Part shown: piece by piece, positions 1 through 13,959 of the stretch
How positions within the stretch are numbered: position 1 is the first letter of the stretch
How the letters are laid out: every line of letters starts with the position of its first letter
Origin: Tubiluchus corallicola
Lineage: Eukaryota > Animalia > Priapulida
NCBI GenBank assembly: GCA_030141605.1
Contig: JAQGDQ010000015.1
Location: 744,001-808,000 of the forward strand
Reading direction: 5' to 3'
DNA length: 64,000 nucleotides
Program-made: the position numbers and the translations under genes
Notes under the pieces: generated by a model
Databases searched by the model: none
What the model saw: the letters and a program-made list of their open reading frames with translations, nothing else
Told to the model about the DNA's origin: nothing

Positions 1-399
1 GGTTGGTTGCTTTATTAATTTCTTGTTTCGTTATAAGTTAGTGAGTTTATCCGTTCGTTCATTTGTCTTTTGCGCATAAGTTCTTTTTTTCTGTTATCAG
101 CTTTTAACTAGTTTGATGGAGAAACGATAGAGTTATTGAGTTTATAAATTCATACAAACTTACGCTTGGCAACTATATTTATCATATTGTATACCATATA
201 CTTTATATCAAAATAACGTAGTATTTTCAAAATAACGAAAGATTATCGAATGTAAACATAAATTTTTTGAAGACAATGTAAAGGCGTCTGACAGAAGATA
301 CAGGACCCTTGTTTATTGCAGTTTACTCTTTTTTGGGGGACAAAATGACGCAAAACTTTGCGTTCGCGGGTAAAATGTCAGGTGGGTATATGATGGTAA

Positions 400-470
400 T
401 TTCACGTGATAGTCGCTATTGTATTTCATTCTGGAACTGCGCCAAATTCACGTGAGCGCCACCTGTGGGC
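400..470. promoter_or_regulatory. E-box pair and CTCF-like motif
   Basis: CACGTG at 403 and 449; GAGCGCCACCTGTGGG at 454-469 (reverse complement CCCACAGGTGGCGCTC). Confidence 0.4.
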
Positions 471-3400
471 ATGCAGGTAGTTTCACGCAAAAAACACTGC
501 AATTACAACATCCGCTGCCATTGGCATCATATGATTTTCTTCCTAATGAAAAGTACGTATATCTGCACGAGTCCGCTGTTTACACAGTGGAGTAACTTCC
601 TAGCAAAAACTTTATAGACAAATTAATTTAGATTTTGCAAACAAAAATATATATTTAAAAAATCATATTGCTATAGATTTCTGAAAAAATATGCTTGCAG
701 AGAACAATAGGCATAGCTACTCACTATCAACGTGCAATCCATATATGTAATTTGTTATACATTATACGATCTTGATTATTAATACGATGCTGATACAGCC
801 TTTGATTATCGATTAAATAAGTATCCACAGCTTTAGTTTTCGCACATACTGGCATAATGACGCATTCTTCAAGTTTGTTTCTATCCTACCATACAAGCTC
901 ATTTTCTTTCTCACATAGGAGAAAAAGATTATTATCATTAATAACTTTCTATCCAACACGTACCTTGGTTAATTGACCCATCTTGCTACGATTCAATGAA
1001 ATTTGCAGCATTTGGGTCTTGGAACATTTGGAAATTGGGAGCGAGTCCACTGCAGGTAGATAGATAGAAACCAGATATAGCTAGAAATCGTTCTATTGTA
1101 ACAGGAAACAGGCAGAATCACATCCTGGAAGTGAAGCAATTAGCAAAACACATTTATCAATGTTATTTTATTTATGGATTATCACTCTTTAGGGTGAAAA
1201 TTGGCGTTGTAAGACATTTATTTATTCTGCATCTGCGCTATTATAAATCAGCCCTGCCAGAAGAAGCGTAATTATAATGTTTACAGGTCATGGGTTTGAA
1301 TTAGATTGGGTCTAGGTCACTGAATGGGTCTAGGTAGCCTATGTTTTGTGAGCCTATTTCCACGCCAGGCATAGATCACTTGGAAGGCAGAATAATTAAT
1401 TAATTGCTGTAAGCTCTTCAAGACACCATTCCTTCTCAGATGCAAGGTACTCGTGCTGTTGCATCAGCCACATTAAGTAAGAATACACATTTCGGCTAGT
1501 CATTTTAACATGTTAGCCTTGGAACAAGGCATTACATTGCAACTTTCAAGTTATAGGCCGAATTTACGCTCAATCAGACACTAAATTTCCGCTTTCATGA
1601 TTGGTTAACGGATGGAAGTTTGCCATACCTGTATGCTATGTGCAACTTTGCAATAAAGAATTAATCGGTGAACGTTAATATGGTTTTAAACATTAAGTCT
1701 TCCAGTGTAATTGTAAGTCCGGACTCTTCAGGTACGTAACTTTTTGCTTACTGTTTGCCAAAACTTTGAACATATATGAAGCTGAGAATTCGTATTTGAA
1801 ATACGCTAAATCTGACCATCCCTTCTCTGAATTCAAGAAGTGAAACGGTATTGGCTGTTATTAAAGTTAAGTGCGTGCACATGTATTATATTCACACGGG
1901 CATGCATATTGCGTTAATTACTAACCCTAAATAAAGTAACTATCATGCAGTTATTACCTTTGCATTTACAATGCTTTTTTTGAAAATTAAGAGTTAAACG
2001 GGCCCCATATAAATATGTATTAAGTTGTTCCTCTGCAGAAGGCAGACGCTGAAACATAGAAGAGAACTTATGTAGGCAATTACGTATTTACATACAGTAA
2101 TTCCCTGCAAGAATGTAACTAAAACATGCATTTGCTATAATATGAATTTACTAAATTCATGAAAATCATTAATCAAAATTTATTTTTTGATTCGGCGTTT
2201 ACATTGGTTTTCCAAAATCGCAGCACGAATTGTAAAAACGTGGCATATTTTCGTTTCCTTTTCATTGTGCTAGCTGAAATCGTGTGATCAAAAGCAATTA
2301 AGTGTGTGTGCTATTTTAACTGCTTATTTAGCTTTGTTCTTTCTTGATCACATTTTCATTTTGAAGGTTTATGCAAAGATTCAGCTGCTGCCTAAACCCG
2401 TTACTATGGTTACTCTTAGCATGATATCGAAATGTCGTGCGAAAGCCTTGGCATTAAAACATTACCATTTTCGTCTGCCATTTTATTTGATGCAAGGAGC
2501 CTATTTATATAGAATAATAATTGAATTGTGTCATAATAACCTAGGGCTAATTCAGATCTCCTAGCGAAATTGTTTCGGAGTCCTCGTATAATATTAACCC
2601 GTAAACGTATACAATGGGTGCAATTCCTCCTTCTTCGGTCGTACCTATTGTAGTTAAAATTTGCTAATAGTTATTCACATTTTTTTTCTTTTCCATGGTC
2701 TTTTATTATTTTTGTGCTAAGTGCTAAGGGATGTGATAGTATCGGTTGTAACCACTAACAACTAATCACTTATGATACCCATTACTGGTACTATATTTTG
2801 CTCAGTTATATTCTACAATACATTGTCCAACTCTGTGAGGGTTAAACTATTTTTACAGCTAGTGCCCTCGTTGATAATTGATGGTTTGACTGTGGTATTT
2901 CGAATGGCAATAGCCTCAGGTTTGTTATTTTCTAAACTCATAGGAACTGCACAAACTGTTTCGTACGTATACTGTACTTCGTGCATTTGTGTGTTTGGAC
3001 TCAGGTCCGGCTCTACCACTAGGCAAACTGGGCAGTTAAATGTTGCGTAGGGCACGAAATTCCGCAAGTAATTCTTTAATTTTTAAGCTCAGCAAAAGTA
3101 TTAACATAGTGTATGTGTAATTGCTTGTGCACAACACTTTAACTAAATGAAGCGAACTATGAAATGATCATCAACACTAGCAAGTGTCTTCCCACAAGAA
3201 AACACTTTCTACTTTTATTTTATCTGGTTTCCTAAGATTACGTCACTCAAATATTACTGATGCGCGTCTTTGTGCTAATACTTTTGTCTAGTGTGCCAAA
3301 CTACCTAGAGCTGGCCTTGTTTGGAATGATTTCTACTTACTTAGGCATTCTTGTTAAGCTGTAGTTTGAAGTCCGTCAAGCAATGCAGTTGCCCTAAAGT

Positions 3401-5218
3401 AAGCGCATAGTATTGCATTGGCATGGTTGCTACACTGTGGCTATTTGTTTTATCATGGATGGACAATAGTATGTTGTTGTTGTCCATGTACAGTATTCAG
3501 TTATATTATAGCCGAAAATTCGATAATTGCAAGTCCAATTTTTTATTAGCACTTTGGAAGTGGCAGAATAATTTTGCTTGTATACTTTGTCCCAAAAATT
3601 TTGGCCTATATTATGTTTGTGTTGAATCTGTCTAATGATGTTTTAGCTCCACAGGTAAGCTGTGGTTGTATACTAGTGTTACTATGGCAATACCGTAGTA
3701 TTGTAAATGAGTAATTTTTTTATGTATGTACTTAATTGGCTATTACTTGGTTTAAGACAGGTTGTCGCTTCCACACATCCTGTGACAAGCTAGAGTTAAT
3801 ATGTGGATTATCGCCTTTACAGATTATGTGGAAATACTTAACAACGAAATATATCTTACAAGCTTTGTCAATGCCGAATAGTGATCTAGTAAAATCAAAT
3901 TTGATTCAATTAAACAACAGTCCAATAACTCTTAACAGACACTTTTTACGTTTGGCCTTATTGACGACTAATGGATTTTTAGGAATAACTAAAGATTTTA
4001 CTGCCCGAAATTTAGATTTATGAGAAATCCCCAAGCAGTCATTAAACAAGTAAAAGTGATATTGATAATTATATATTAGCAATATGGAAATGTAAGTGTA
4101 GCAACAGATACGTTTATGGGGCATCTCCAGTTTATCCATAATCATTAAGTACAGCTCCCTTGAATATTCCAGTACAGAGATAATAGAAAACTTGAGATTT
4201 TAGCCAGCACATTTTTAACAGGTCAAAGCAATTTTTATGATTTTCTTTTTCATATTGGTTATGCAGACGATAATATGTGCCAGTGTTTAGAGGGGAGGCA
4301 AACTCCACATCATCTACTGTTTCTATGTAAATTCGTAAGTCGCAATAAACGAGAAAACTTTGTACGCGTTGTACAGTACCAGGATGTTAATTATATGTTA
4401 ACTTGCCGTGATAATCTGATTTTAATTAACTTTGCTAATATTTTGTTAGATAATTTTATTTTGTCACTAACCTGACGGGATTAATTAATTTTAGAAAATT
4501 GTTATCAATGTCACTTAGAAAGGTAATGATAATATAATGCTAGCATAGCTATTGTAAATTGTTAAATATGAAATGTAAATACTGTTAACTGTTATAGCCC
4601 TACAAATAGAGGGCGCATGTATACATTTGTATACGTTTATATGCTCAAAATAAAGAGTTACAATAATAATAATAATTGGTTTAAGAAAACAATATGTACT
4701 ATTTGCTATTATTATTATTTCACTTTTTTTATTAACTTGATTTCCCGAATAAGTTTCTCGGTTTGGATACTTAGGGAACTGGTGATGCTTTTTGTTACAA
4801 AATATTTTCGATATAAAAATTTTTCGTATCATTTGCATCTTTTCGAAATCGCACTGGCTAGCGCAAGCGCACTCAGCAACCAATCAAATATCTTTGATTA
4901 CACTCACCTAGATGGAATAATTAGGGTTGCTTGGGAGATTAACTTGAAGACGCACCCTGTTGCCATGCTGGCTGATTCCAATTCTCCCTGACGGCGCTCA
5001 TACCCCAGGTACTGCTGCAACTTTAGCTGGTTCAACAAGCGGTTCTGCAGCCTACTGGAAGAGCGATTGCTTTGTGGTTTTGCAACGAGTTGTAGAGGTG
5101 CGTGTTTCTGCGGTTCTGTGTTGGAGGAGTTGAACATCTGCACGTTGTAATGAACGGTGTTTGATACAAAACACGAGCGATGAATGTGCAAAATCCCGAG
5201 TGAAACGATCTGTGATTT

Positions 5219-5300
5219 ATGGAATTGCTGAATTGCATGTACGTAGTTGTCGCTATGTACTCGGAGATGGACAACTATTTGGATATCAGCTTTCTTAACA
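5219..5300 (+). CDS. Candidate alternative first coding exon of the p85 gene (MELLNCMYVVVAMYSEMDNYLDISFLN)
   Basis: Four in-frame ATGs after an in-frame TGA, preceded by a GC/CpG-enriched region (4830-5200); A|GTACGT donor in phase 1, compatible with exons at 14859, 16553 and 18180. Confidence 0.45.
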
Positions 5301-8300
5301 GTACGTATTCATTTACTATTAAGCACGTGTTTGCAGCTAAAATTAATGCATTGTGGCATATAGTTATTTACTGATGTCAGGTGCTGTAGTGTTGCATTCA
5401 TTGCGAGTTAGAATGTGCTTTATGAGTTTTCATCAGTGTTTCAAAACCAGCTGTACAATAAAAGTCCGGCTTACTAACGCCAGTCATTTTTAATTTTAAT
5501 GGAATAATGGATGGCTTTACTGAATTTTATTTAGCGATTCAAGCATAACCATCCATTGTGGTAATGATGTAGAGAATTCACCGGCTCCGCTTTGTTTCGT
5601 GCAATGGTTTAGCAGCGCTTTTATCTGAAGATGTGCTAGTCTGAAATTGACTCTTTTCTTACCCTCAAAAACTCTGAAATAAGCCCATAATTTTTTTAGA
5701 GAAGTGCTTGAGATTTTTTGAAATAAGTTAAATAATTCTCTCGCTACTTGAATAATAAGATGTTTTGGTTACTTTGTTCTCAATAGAGCTGCATCTCAAG
5801 TTCTCAACACTCCATAGGAGAATGACATAGTTGAGATTTTGTGTCTGACACTGACAGTTTTATGAATTTGGTATATTATGTGTTGGCCAAACTGAGGCTA
5901 TGAATTTGGTGTATTATGTATTGGTCAATTAAGGCATGTTATCAAATGTTCAAGTGTTTTTTCTAAATATGTAGTTCCCGGTTTCTATAGTACATATTAT
6001 CTACAATGTATTTAACTGTAGTAATCTTGTTACTGCTGGCAGAGAGTCCGAAACAGTCTTAATGTCGAAATTTGTATAAGTTATTTAAACTAATATTCTG
6101 GTTATTCAAAGTAAATAGTAAAGAGCAAACACTGCTGTCGATGCTGTTTAAACGCAGCCCTATTTTTTGTGACGAACGATACATCTTATCCGTATATGCC
6201 TTTCAGGGAAAGCTTGACAACTGTGATAAAGAAAAGGGCCCCCCATACCCGGCTGACCATAAATTATCTTAATCAAAACCATATAGACGTTATTTTTCGT
6301 TCGTGCAATTGCTGCTATGTCACGCCATTATAACTAAATCCTCGGTCGACCCTTTACTCTCCGAAGTGCGTTATTCGGAAGAATTATATACTTGACAAAC
6401 TTTAATTCTCAATAAAGAAGTGAGGACCAAAAAAAAGAACTTTTCAAGCATGGGTGCAGTGACATTCTTCAGGTATCTATATGTATTGACATATCTAGTG
6501 TCGTAAAGGTCCTAAAACAGCTTTTACCTGTGCCGCCCCATGCGGATGGGGGTTCTGCCCTCCGAATCTAGAGTAGGTATATTTTACTGTAGCTGCTGCT
6601 GTATTATTACAGTTTGCTCGCTGGTTCACCTCAACAGCTTGCTCAACTGCATCGTAATTCTGTTGGCATTGCCTCCAGTAATCTTACCGCATGGGCGCAT
6701 CTAAACGCAGGGTGGTGTTCGAAAATCGATGCCTGTATGCTATAGGCATGCCAAGTCAATCTGTAACGTGAAACGCTCATTTGTGTGATATCTCGTTATT
6801 TAGTTGTAATAATAACACTGAAAAGACGATATGCTTCATAGTGTGATCTACTGAGTACTGTTTACTGACTAAATTAGTAAAATTATAGAAGTAAATACAT
6901 CTATACAACATTGCCCTTGTGAAAATTTTGTATATGTATTTTATTGACTTGTCTTTTCTTATAACAGTAATTAAATACACTATTAATTTTGTGCTTTATA
7001 ACAAAATTCAACTTACTAAAACAAAAACTTCGTAAAGCTGTGAAAAAATTAGTAGAGAAGAGAAGTAGTACAGCAGAGAAGTCTTGCTTATATAACATCA
7101 AAAGCTGCACGGATTTTACGATCTAGAATTATGTGGGAGCACTTCGGTTGATCAAGAGCTTTAACTGCTCGTGTTTAGTCGAAATTTCTGTTGCACTTGA
7201 AAGAGATGTATTATTTTTTTAAATTTAATCTAACTGAATTAAAATGTATACTATCGTAATTTATTTCTATATTTGAAGAATTCAGAAAGTTTCTTAGGAA
7301 TTAAGATCGAATTTTTCTTCATATTTTGCGGAATGTTTCTGGTTTCGCAGTTTGGAAATGTGCAAATAATTTTCACAAAAATCGGTAGAAACGGTCAGCT
7401 TCCAAATTAAACAAATCATTGGTATTCTGTCATTCGCTTATTTTGCTTTAGTAAAGCGTAGTTAAATTTTCATCCAACATCTATGGAAAAACATGCAGTG
7501 CACCACCCTCTCTTTATGCAATAACAGTTAACAGCTGGATATTAGAAAACCCTAGAAGATTTTTAACTTATCAGTTATTCTTAACAGAAATGGAACAGTT
7601 ATTAAAAGTTCCTTCATTTCTTTATTGTGGGAATTTTTTATCAATAGAAAATTTATCTGTTTTTCATTACCAAGTCATCTGAGGTGGAAAATTACATACA
7701 ACACTCTGTCAAATGTCTTCAGTTTTTATTCTGTTCTGACAGAAATTGAGCAAAAGGTAACTAGTTTTAAAGAAAACTGAAGGGTTGCGCTTTTTAACTT
7801 GCTGTTAAAATTATGAAGTTATCAGGTATTTAATTAAATGTCACTATTTTCATTTAACTAAGAAAACTTACCCCTACCCCCTGCATAAGGTGGTGTTGCA
7901 AGGCTAATTTGGAATTCCTACTTTTTCTGATTATGAAAAGTCAACACAGTACAAACGGTTAGCGAGTCGCAGCAGCAGCAGCTGCACCTCGTGTTTGCCT
8001 TGAACAGATTTTCGGGTCCAGCACTAGAAGGTCGTCATGTGCTGCTCTTGTGTTTCCTTCATCAGTAGAGGGCGGGTTTTTTATGTTTTTCACACCAAGG
8101 TTACAAGAACAGGTGATGTAGCACTAAATAGCGCATTGTTAGTTCACTGTTTTGCATACCCATCAAGTCATGTAACGCTAACGAAGGCATCACCTGGTGC
8201 TTCTGTCATGAATGGATATTCAAATTTCACTTTTCCCATTATTAAATTAAACAGATTTGACTTCTGTAAACGTTCTGTGTATGTGTGGTGTGAGATGCGT

Positions 8301-10957
8301 CGTCGTAAAAACTAAAGATGGTCGCAAGATAATTAATAATTTCTATAAAGTTACAAAGTTTATAACGATGATAACGATAGGCGGGTGACGACGATGATGA
8401 TGATGATGTTGATGGCAATGGTGCTGACGACGAATTTTGAAAATTAGAACTGAGCTGAGCAGAAAGGATCAGTGGGCAACAACTAGATCGTAGACTACGA
8501 ATTTTAACGAAAGTTTTGTTTTTCACACACTTAAATTAATTTCTAAAGGATTTTTGTATGTCTTCTCAAAGCAAGTGTTTTCCAATCCTTTCAAAATCTG
8601 TGCGCTTCTCGTTGGCTTTTCATACTCCACAGCCGTGCCTTATTTTTGGCAACAAAATCCCGGAATTCGACCCGGCCTTCAATCAGCTGTCAGCTATCCT
8701 GTCCCACTCAATAACAGCATAGCTTTTGAAAATTGGAACCCTCATCTAAACTTTAAATATTGCCATGCCTGCTCAAAATTAGTGCTTTTAACAATCTGAT
8801 CAATTACTGATCTAATTATCTCAATTTAGATCTAGTAAATAGTAAATTTTGAATAGTGTCCACAGATATACTGTTTGGTAACTTATTTCATTGAGCAGTC
8901 ACTGTGGTGTATGGTTTTTCTTTTATATATGAAATAATAATTATTATTTGCGGTTTTTGCCTTGTGTAACTCTTCGCATTGGCAGTTTTTGTTACAGTTG
9001 GTTTTGTCTTCTAATGCGTTTTGGCAGACCTAGAGACACTGATGAGACTCGAAGTCATAGCTGATTAAATTCTCCAAAATTTGTTCGAACGGAAGCGTAC
9101 ATTTCTACTGGAGGCCCGTGATCCGTTTATAAACTGGTGCCTGGGACTGGGCTTTAATCTCTGTAGTATAGAAATAGTCGTGTTTAGTTTCATGGTCTCA
9201 AATCAAACGACGACTTCTGCTTTGAAAGATTTACCCGCTGCATTTTAATGAAGATGATTTAAAAATGATGAACCCTGGTGAAATAATAATTCATACTTCA
9301 TGTGCTTTGTTATTGTATGTTTTTATGTGCTAGCCCTGCGCAATGATTTCCTGATTTTGATGTATGACGTAGTGAGCACATAAGATTCTATGGAATTTAT
9401 TTCTCGGGTTTTTACTGTTCCTCGCATTAAAATGTGATATTTGACACTTTGGATATAAGGCTTATTTTAATTTAGTAGTGATTTATTTTGTAGGTGACAG
9501 CTGTGATGTACATGTAATTGTAATCATGTGGTGGCATCCGCATAATTTGATTACTTCGACATTGTATATTCACTAAACTTGCTCTTTGTTATTGTCATTT
9601 ATTCGACTTTAGTTTTTAAATGGTTGGTAGTCCAAATAATGCGCGGTTGCGTTTCACCACTGGGGTTAAAGGTGAAATATTATGCACCTCGTACTGCCAC
9701 GTAAAAAGAAAAGTTCACAAACTTCGATTTATATCAAACAAACTCAAGGCCGAGTAGTAAGTGTATTCGACATCAGCTTGGACTTTTAACCCTCAAAGTA
9801 CGAACCCTGATATGTACGGTAATCAAATTCTAATAGAAGTACATACTCCACTCCAGTTTGTTCTGTTGAGGGTTCATATGTAACCTCGAGCACTACGAAG
9901 TCGCCTTCACATTGTTTAACTTTTACCAAGCCTTTCATGCTGTCCACAATAATCTCTTAGACTGCTACCGTGTTGATCGATTAGTGAACTTCTGGTGCTT
10001 TTTCGGTTCATTTCAGTGGATAATGTAACCTCCATGCCATCTTTAATATTACATCGTATGTATGTATAGGTTTTCTTGGTAAGAAAATACCATTTGTGTG
10101 TGCTCTTGGAACCTTTTTCGTGGAAACACTTTTCATTATAATTATTATAGCAGAACCACAGAAATTTAATTTTTACTAAGTTGATATGAATATACTAGCA
10201 ACATAGTGAAAATGTATGATAAATTTGCTTCTGTAGGTCTTTGAGTCATCCGTAATGTGACTGTAACATTCTTAAATTCAAACTAATTGTTAACAGGACC
10301 GATTTTATTATTTTTGTTCACCTTGAGCAAGCAAAGCGAGATTGTAAATAATCACTCTGTTAAATTCGAGTAAAGGCCTGATTATTGAAACCCTAATGGC
10401 GTTAATTAAAACATTGTTTATCTCAGAGTAGCGGTTTCGGTAGCCAGCTCTTTCTCTAAAAAGAAGCTGACCGAATCTAGTTGCTAAGCAAAGGCTTAGG
10501 GATGCGAGGCATGTTGCACGTATTGATTGTACAATCTCGTTGACGCTGTACGATGACGTCAGCGGCAGAACTGGTAACTGGCTTCTAGCAACAACACGTA
10601 ATCTACCAGAATCTTTCAGTTGCTTTTGAATTTACTCAGGAATTATGATGGTTGAATACATGAAAGACGAAAACTATAATTTCATTATCAACGTACCTAG
10701 GCGTAATCGTTTTTGCGAGGATGTTTAATTTATGCCACGCTTGTTACATTAGAGTGTTACCATAATCATATCTTGTTGCCAGCTTGCCATAAGCGTATTA
10801 CTGAAAAACGAAAGAACCAACTTCGCATATCACGTTCAGAGAGCATTGAAAGAAGCTTTATATTTTTCAGAGCAAGAGTGAGCATATAGTGGCAAGTAAA
10901 AATCCACGGCGTATCAAAATTTTTTTAATTTTCTTTTATAACTTTAGCAGGATATAA

Positions 10958-11420
10958 GATTTGATTTGATTTGATTTAAGTTTTTATTGCAAACTCTAGG
11001 TTCATATATACGAAAATACATTCAAGACAAAAAATTACATACAACAGTTATAAATATTTACAATTATAGTGACTTATTTAGTGGCACACAAAGTAAATGA
11101 ATGAACAGACTGTAAAAAAATTACATCGCCAAGGTATTACCGAAAACAATAATGAAGTTCTATCCATTTCTTTCTAATGGAAAAAGTAAAGAAAGCATCA
11201 CATTCACTTAAATGCTTACAAATATCATTCTCACTACATGTATTAGCAACTCTATTACAAAGACTAACTTTATATTGATGACATCGAAGTATATAATATT
11301 GTGATTTGTAATAATATTTCTAACACTAGCGTCCTAAGGATATTTAAAAAAAAATTCTAGTAGAGAAGTTATAGGCAACTTTTAATTTCCTCACATTGTA
11401 TAAATTGCAACGGCGCCATG
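10958..11420 (-). mobile_element. LINE 3'-end remnant with (AAATC)n tail
   Basis: Minus strand reads aataaa followed by (aaatc)n; degenerate 'FCNRVAN' resembles the CR1/L2 terminal F.NRV..W motif. Confidence 0.45.
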
Positions 11421-13959
11421 TAGCCATACAATAAAAACTACTGCAGTAACAATTAAAAATATACTTATTGACAGAAAGATACTTCATGATAGACTTTCTG
11501 CTAATATTTCGAGTAGGATCATTTAATGAATTGTAGTCAGAGAAACGGACTCGTTTTGTGTTTTGTTTGTATTTTTGCGCTCTACATCCCTTGCTAAATT
11601 AATGATTTTCTGAATTAATTATAAACTGTATTATATAAGTTCCATAAAAATGTTGAGTGATATTTTGTGCTGTTGTTACCTGAAAAATAGTACACTATAG
11701 TAGAATAGTACAGTGATCTACTAAACAGCCCTTTTTTGCAATTGCGTAATTTAACGTGGAAATTTATAAACGCCGTACTTAATCTAATTTCTTGTGATTG
11801 AAACTCAAACAGGTGTATGCAAACCTGAAAAAATGGGCCTGGGAATAAGTTGAAAAATAAAAGAGGTCATACTAGGAGAGGTGGCATCTGTTCTTTTGGG
11901 AATTAATTGAAGGATAACAGCGCTCATTCTCGTACTGGGAGAGGTGTCCAATAGACGGCGATACTTATTTCGAAAACCGTTAGAAACCCTTAATACCCCG
12001 CTCGTCGTAATGCTCAGCACATTCAATTAGCTTTAATGAGATAGTTGCTGCACTTGACCTGTGTCAACATGGTGTTGTTATTCATTTGCTGTCCATCTAA
12101 TATAATTTATATGTGGGACTTAGTTAGTCAAGTAGATTATATTTATTGGTGAGTAGTATATGATTAATTGTAGTAGCTATATTAGCTTCACGTTTCGGCG
12201 GTGTTTCTTTTTCTCCATATGATTATGGTATACAATTAATTCAAATTAGCTACTTAGGTAATTTATGTAGAGCGATATAAAATTTTATTCCGTTGTAGTG
12301 TTAATGCTAAGTTAAATTGCAATTGTTATTTTGGAATGCTGCTAGTCTTCAATGTTAAGAGTCAAGTGCTCTTGAGCACAACTTCGTGCATTTAACGGCC
12401 ATGTTTACAATTTCCGAAAATTGTTTTGGGATTCGCCATCTTAAATTCAGCTTGATGTGTATCACAATGTAAAAATATTAAAGATGCTTAAAAACTGCGA
12501 GTAAATACGTTATTAATAGAATGTGTCATTAAGTCTGAACACATTTTTCTTAGTAACTCATTCATTAATCTTATAACAGCAACACCGTACGTTGAAGATT
12601 GCTTGTGCAGTTGTTAGTTATTTATGATGCCAGCGCACTAAGCAGTTAAAAATGTGTAAAGAACATTTTGGATATTCACGAAACCTCTTTGCTTGGACAT
12701 TTTTTACGTAAGTAGGTCAAGCCTGCAAAGTGTTTCTGAATATTAGGCAGTAACTCTAGACACGCAACGCCAGCATGTCCCAGTTTCATGTGACTGCCAC
12801 CCTCAAGTGTTGTGTGTCCTTGGTCCGTGTTTAGCGCCCTTGCAGCGCCAGGTGTTCGGCCCGGCTATACAAATAAATTGGGACAAAGATACGGTTATGG
12901 CATATGACATCCGCCCAACACTTTTCACCCGCGAGCGCGCTACAGCATTTCTGACAAAAGAATACAGGGCAATTCAGTCCTCAGGGCAGAGAGCTTATAT
13001 AATCGATATTTGCATTATTCTGCTGGCGCTAAAATTGATTAAATTGCTGTGAATCTCGTCTCTGATCATAATGCACCCCGTAGATTTTTTTATGCCAGCG
13101 TTAAGCGACAAGTTTAATGTTGGCAAAAATAGGTTGCTCTAATATCACAGAGTACTGCATCGCTTATTCATCGTCAGTGTCCGTTAATGTACAGTAAGCA
13201 CATTGGAAATAAACGAGTTGCTTTAAATGAATTTGCGGTTGGCAGCGTTTGCTGGGTCTTGGTTGTGAGCAGCGAATTTGCTAGGTCAAGACTCGAACGG
13301 CTGCGCGCGCAAGATTTGTTATCTTTCAACATTTTTACGTTCTCCAGCGAATCTCCGCTATCTCTTTAACGGAGAGTAACCGTGTTTTTGCAAGCAAGAT
13401 GAGACTGTCGAGCGGCCATGAAAATCGATGAAATTCAAGAAAATGGTTCCGTTATTTTTGGCGTACAGCCTGAGTGCTGTTTGTGAAAATAAAGAAAAAA
13501 ACTAGAACAAAGCAGTTAACAGCAGCCGAATTTTGAGTTTAAATTACAATCGAAACCCCATTGCAAAAATATTTTATCTTTCTAACCTTGGGATATTTCT
13601 CTCAATTGCTGCAACAATTGTTTAATTTGATAAATCGAAAATCTGTTATGTATTATATTGTTATATCATTTGAGTATTTTATAACAGTCGGGTTTTCGCG
13701 TTTTGTTTTCAGTTACTAGTAACTGTACCTTTATTATGACAGTTTCAGTTGTGTGTTTTATACTTGCAAACTTATAATCTGTAACTTTGTGCAATTTGTT
13801 TAAAGAAGTAAATTATAAAATAGTTAATTGTAGTTGACACTGCTATAATCACTGCTTCTTTTCTTAATTCTGAATATTCACTGCCACAATCGTCAAATTT
13901 TATTACCTGCCATTATACCGCTGTTGAGTTGTAACTTGTAACCTTAACAGTTTCGCTTT

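Noticed and set aside
13418-13451. Alternative first exon MKIDEIQEN joined in phase 1 to 14859
   Set aside because: Donor GTTCCG is too far from consensus to support.
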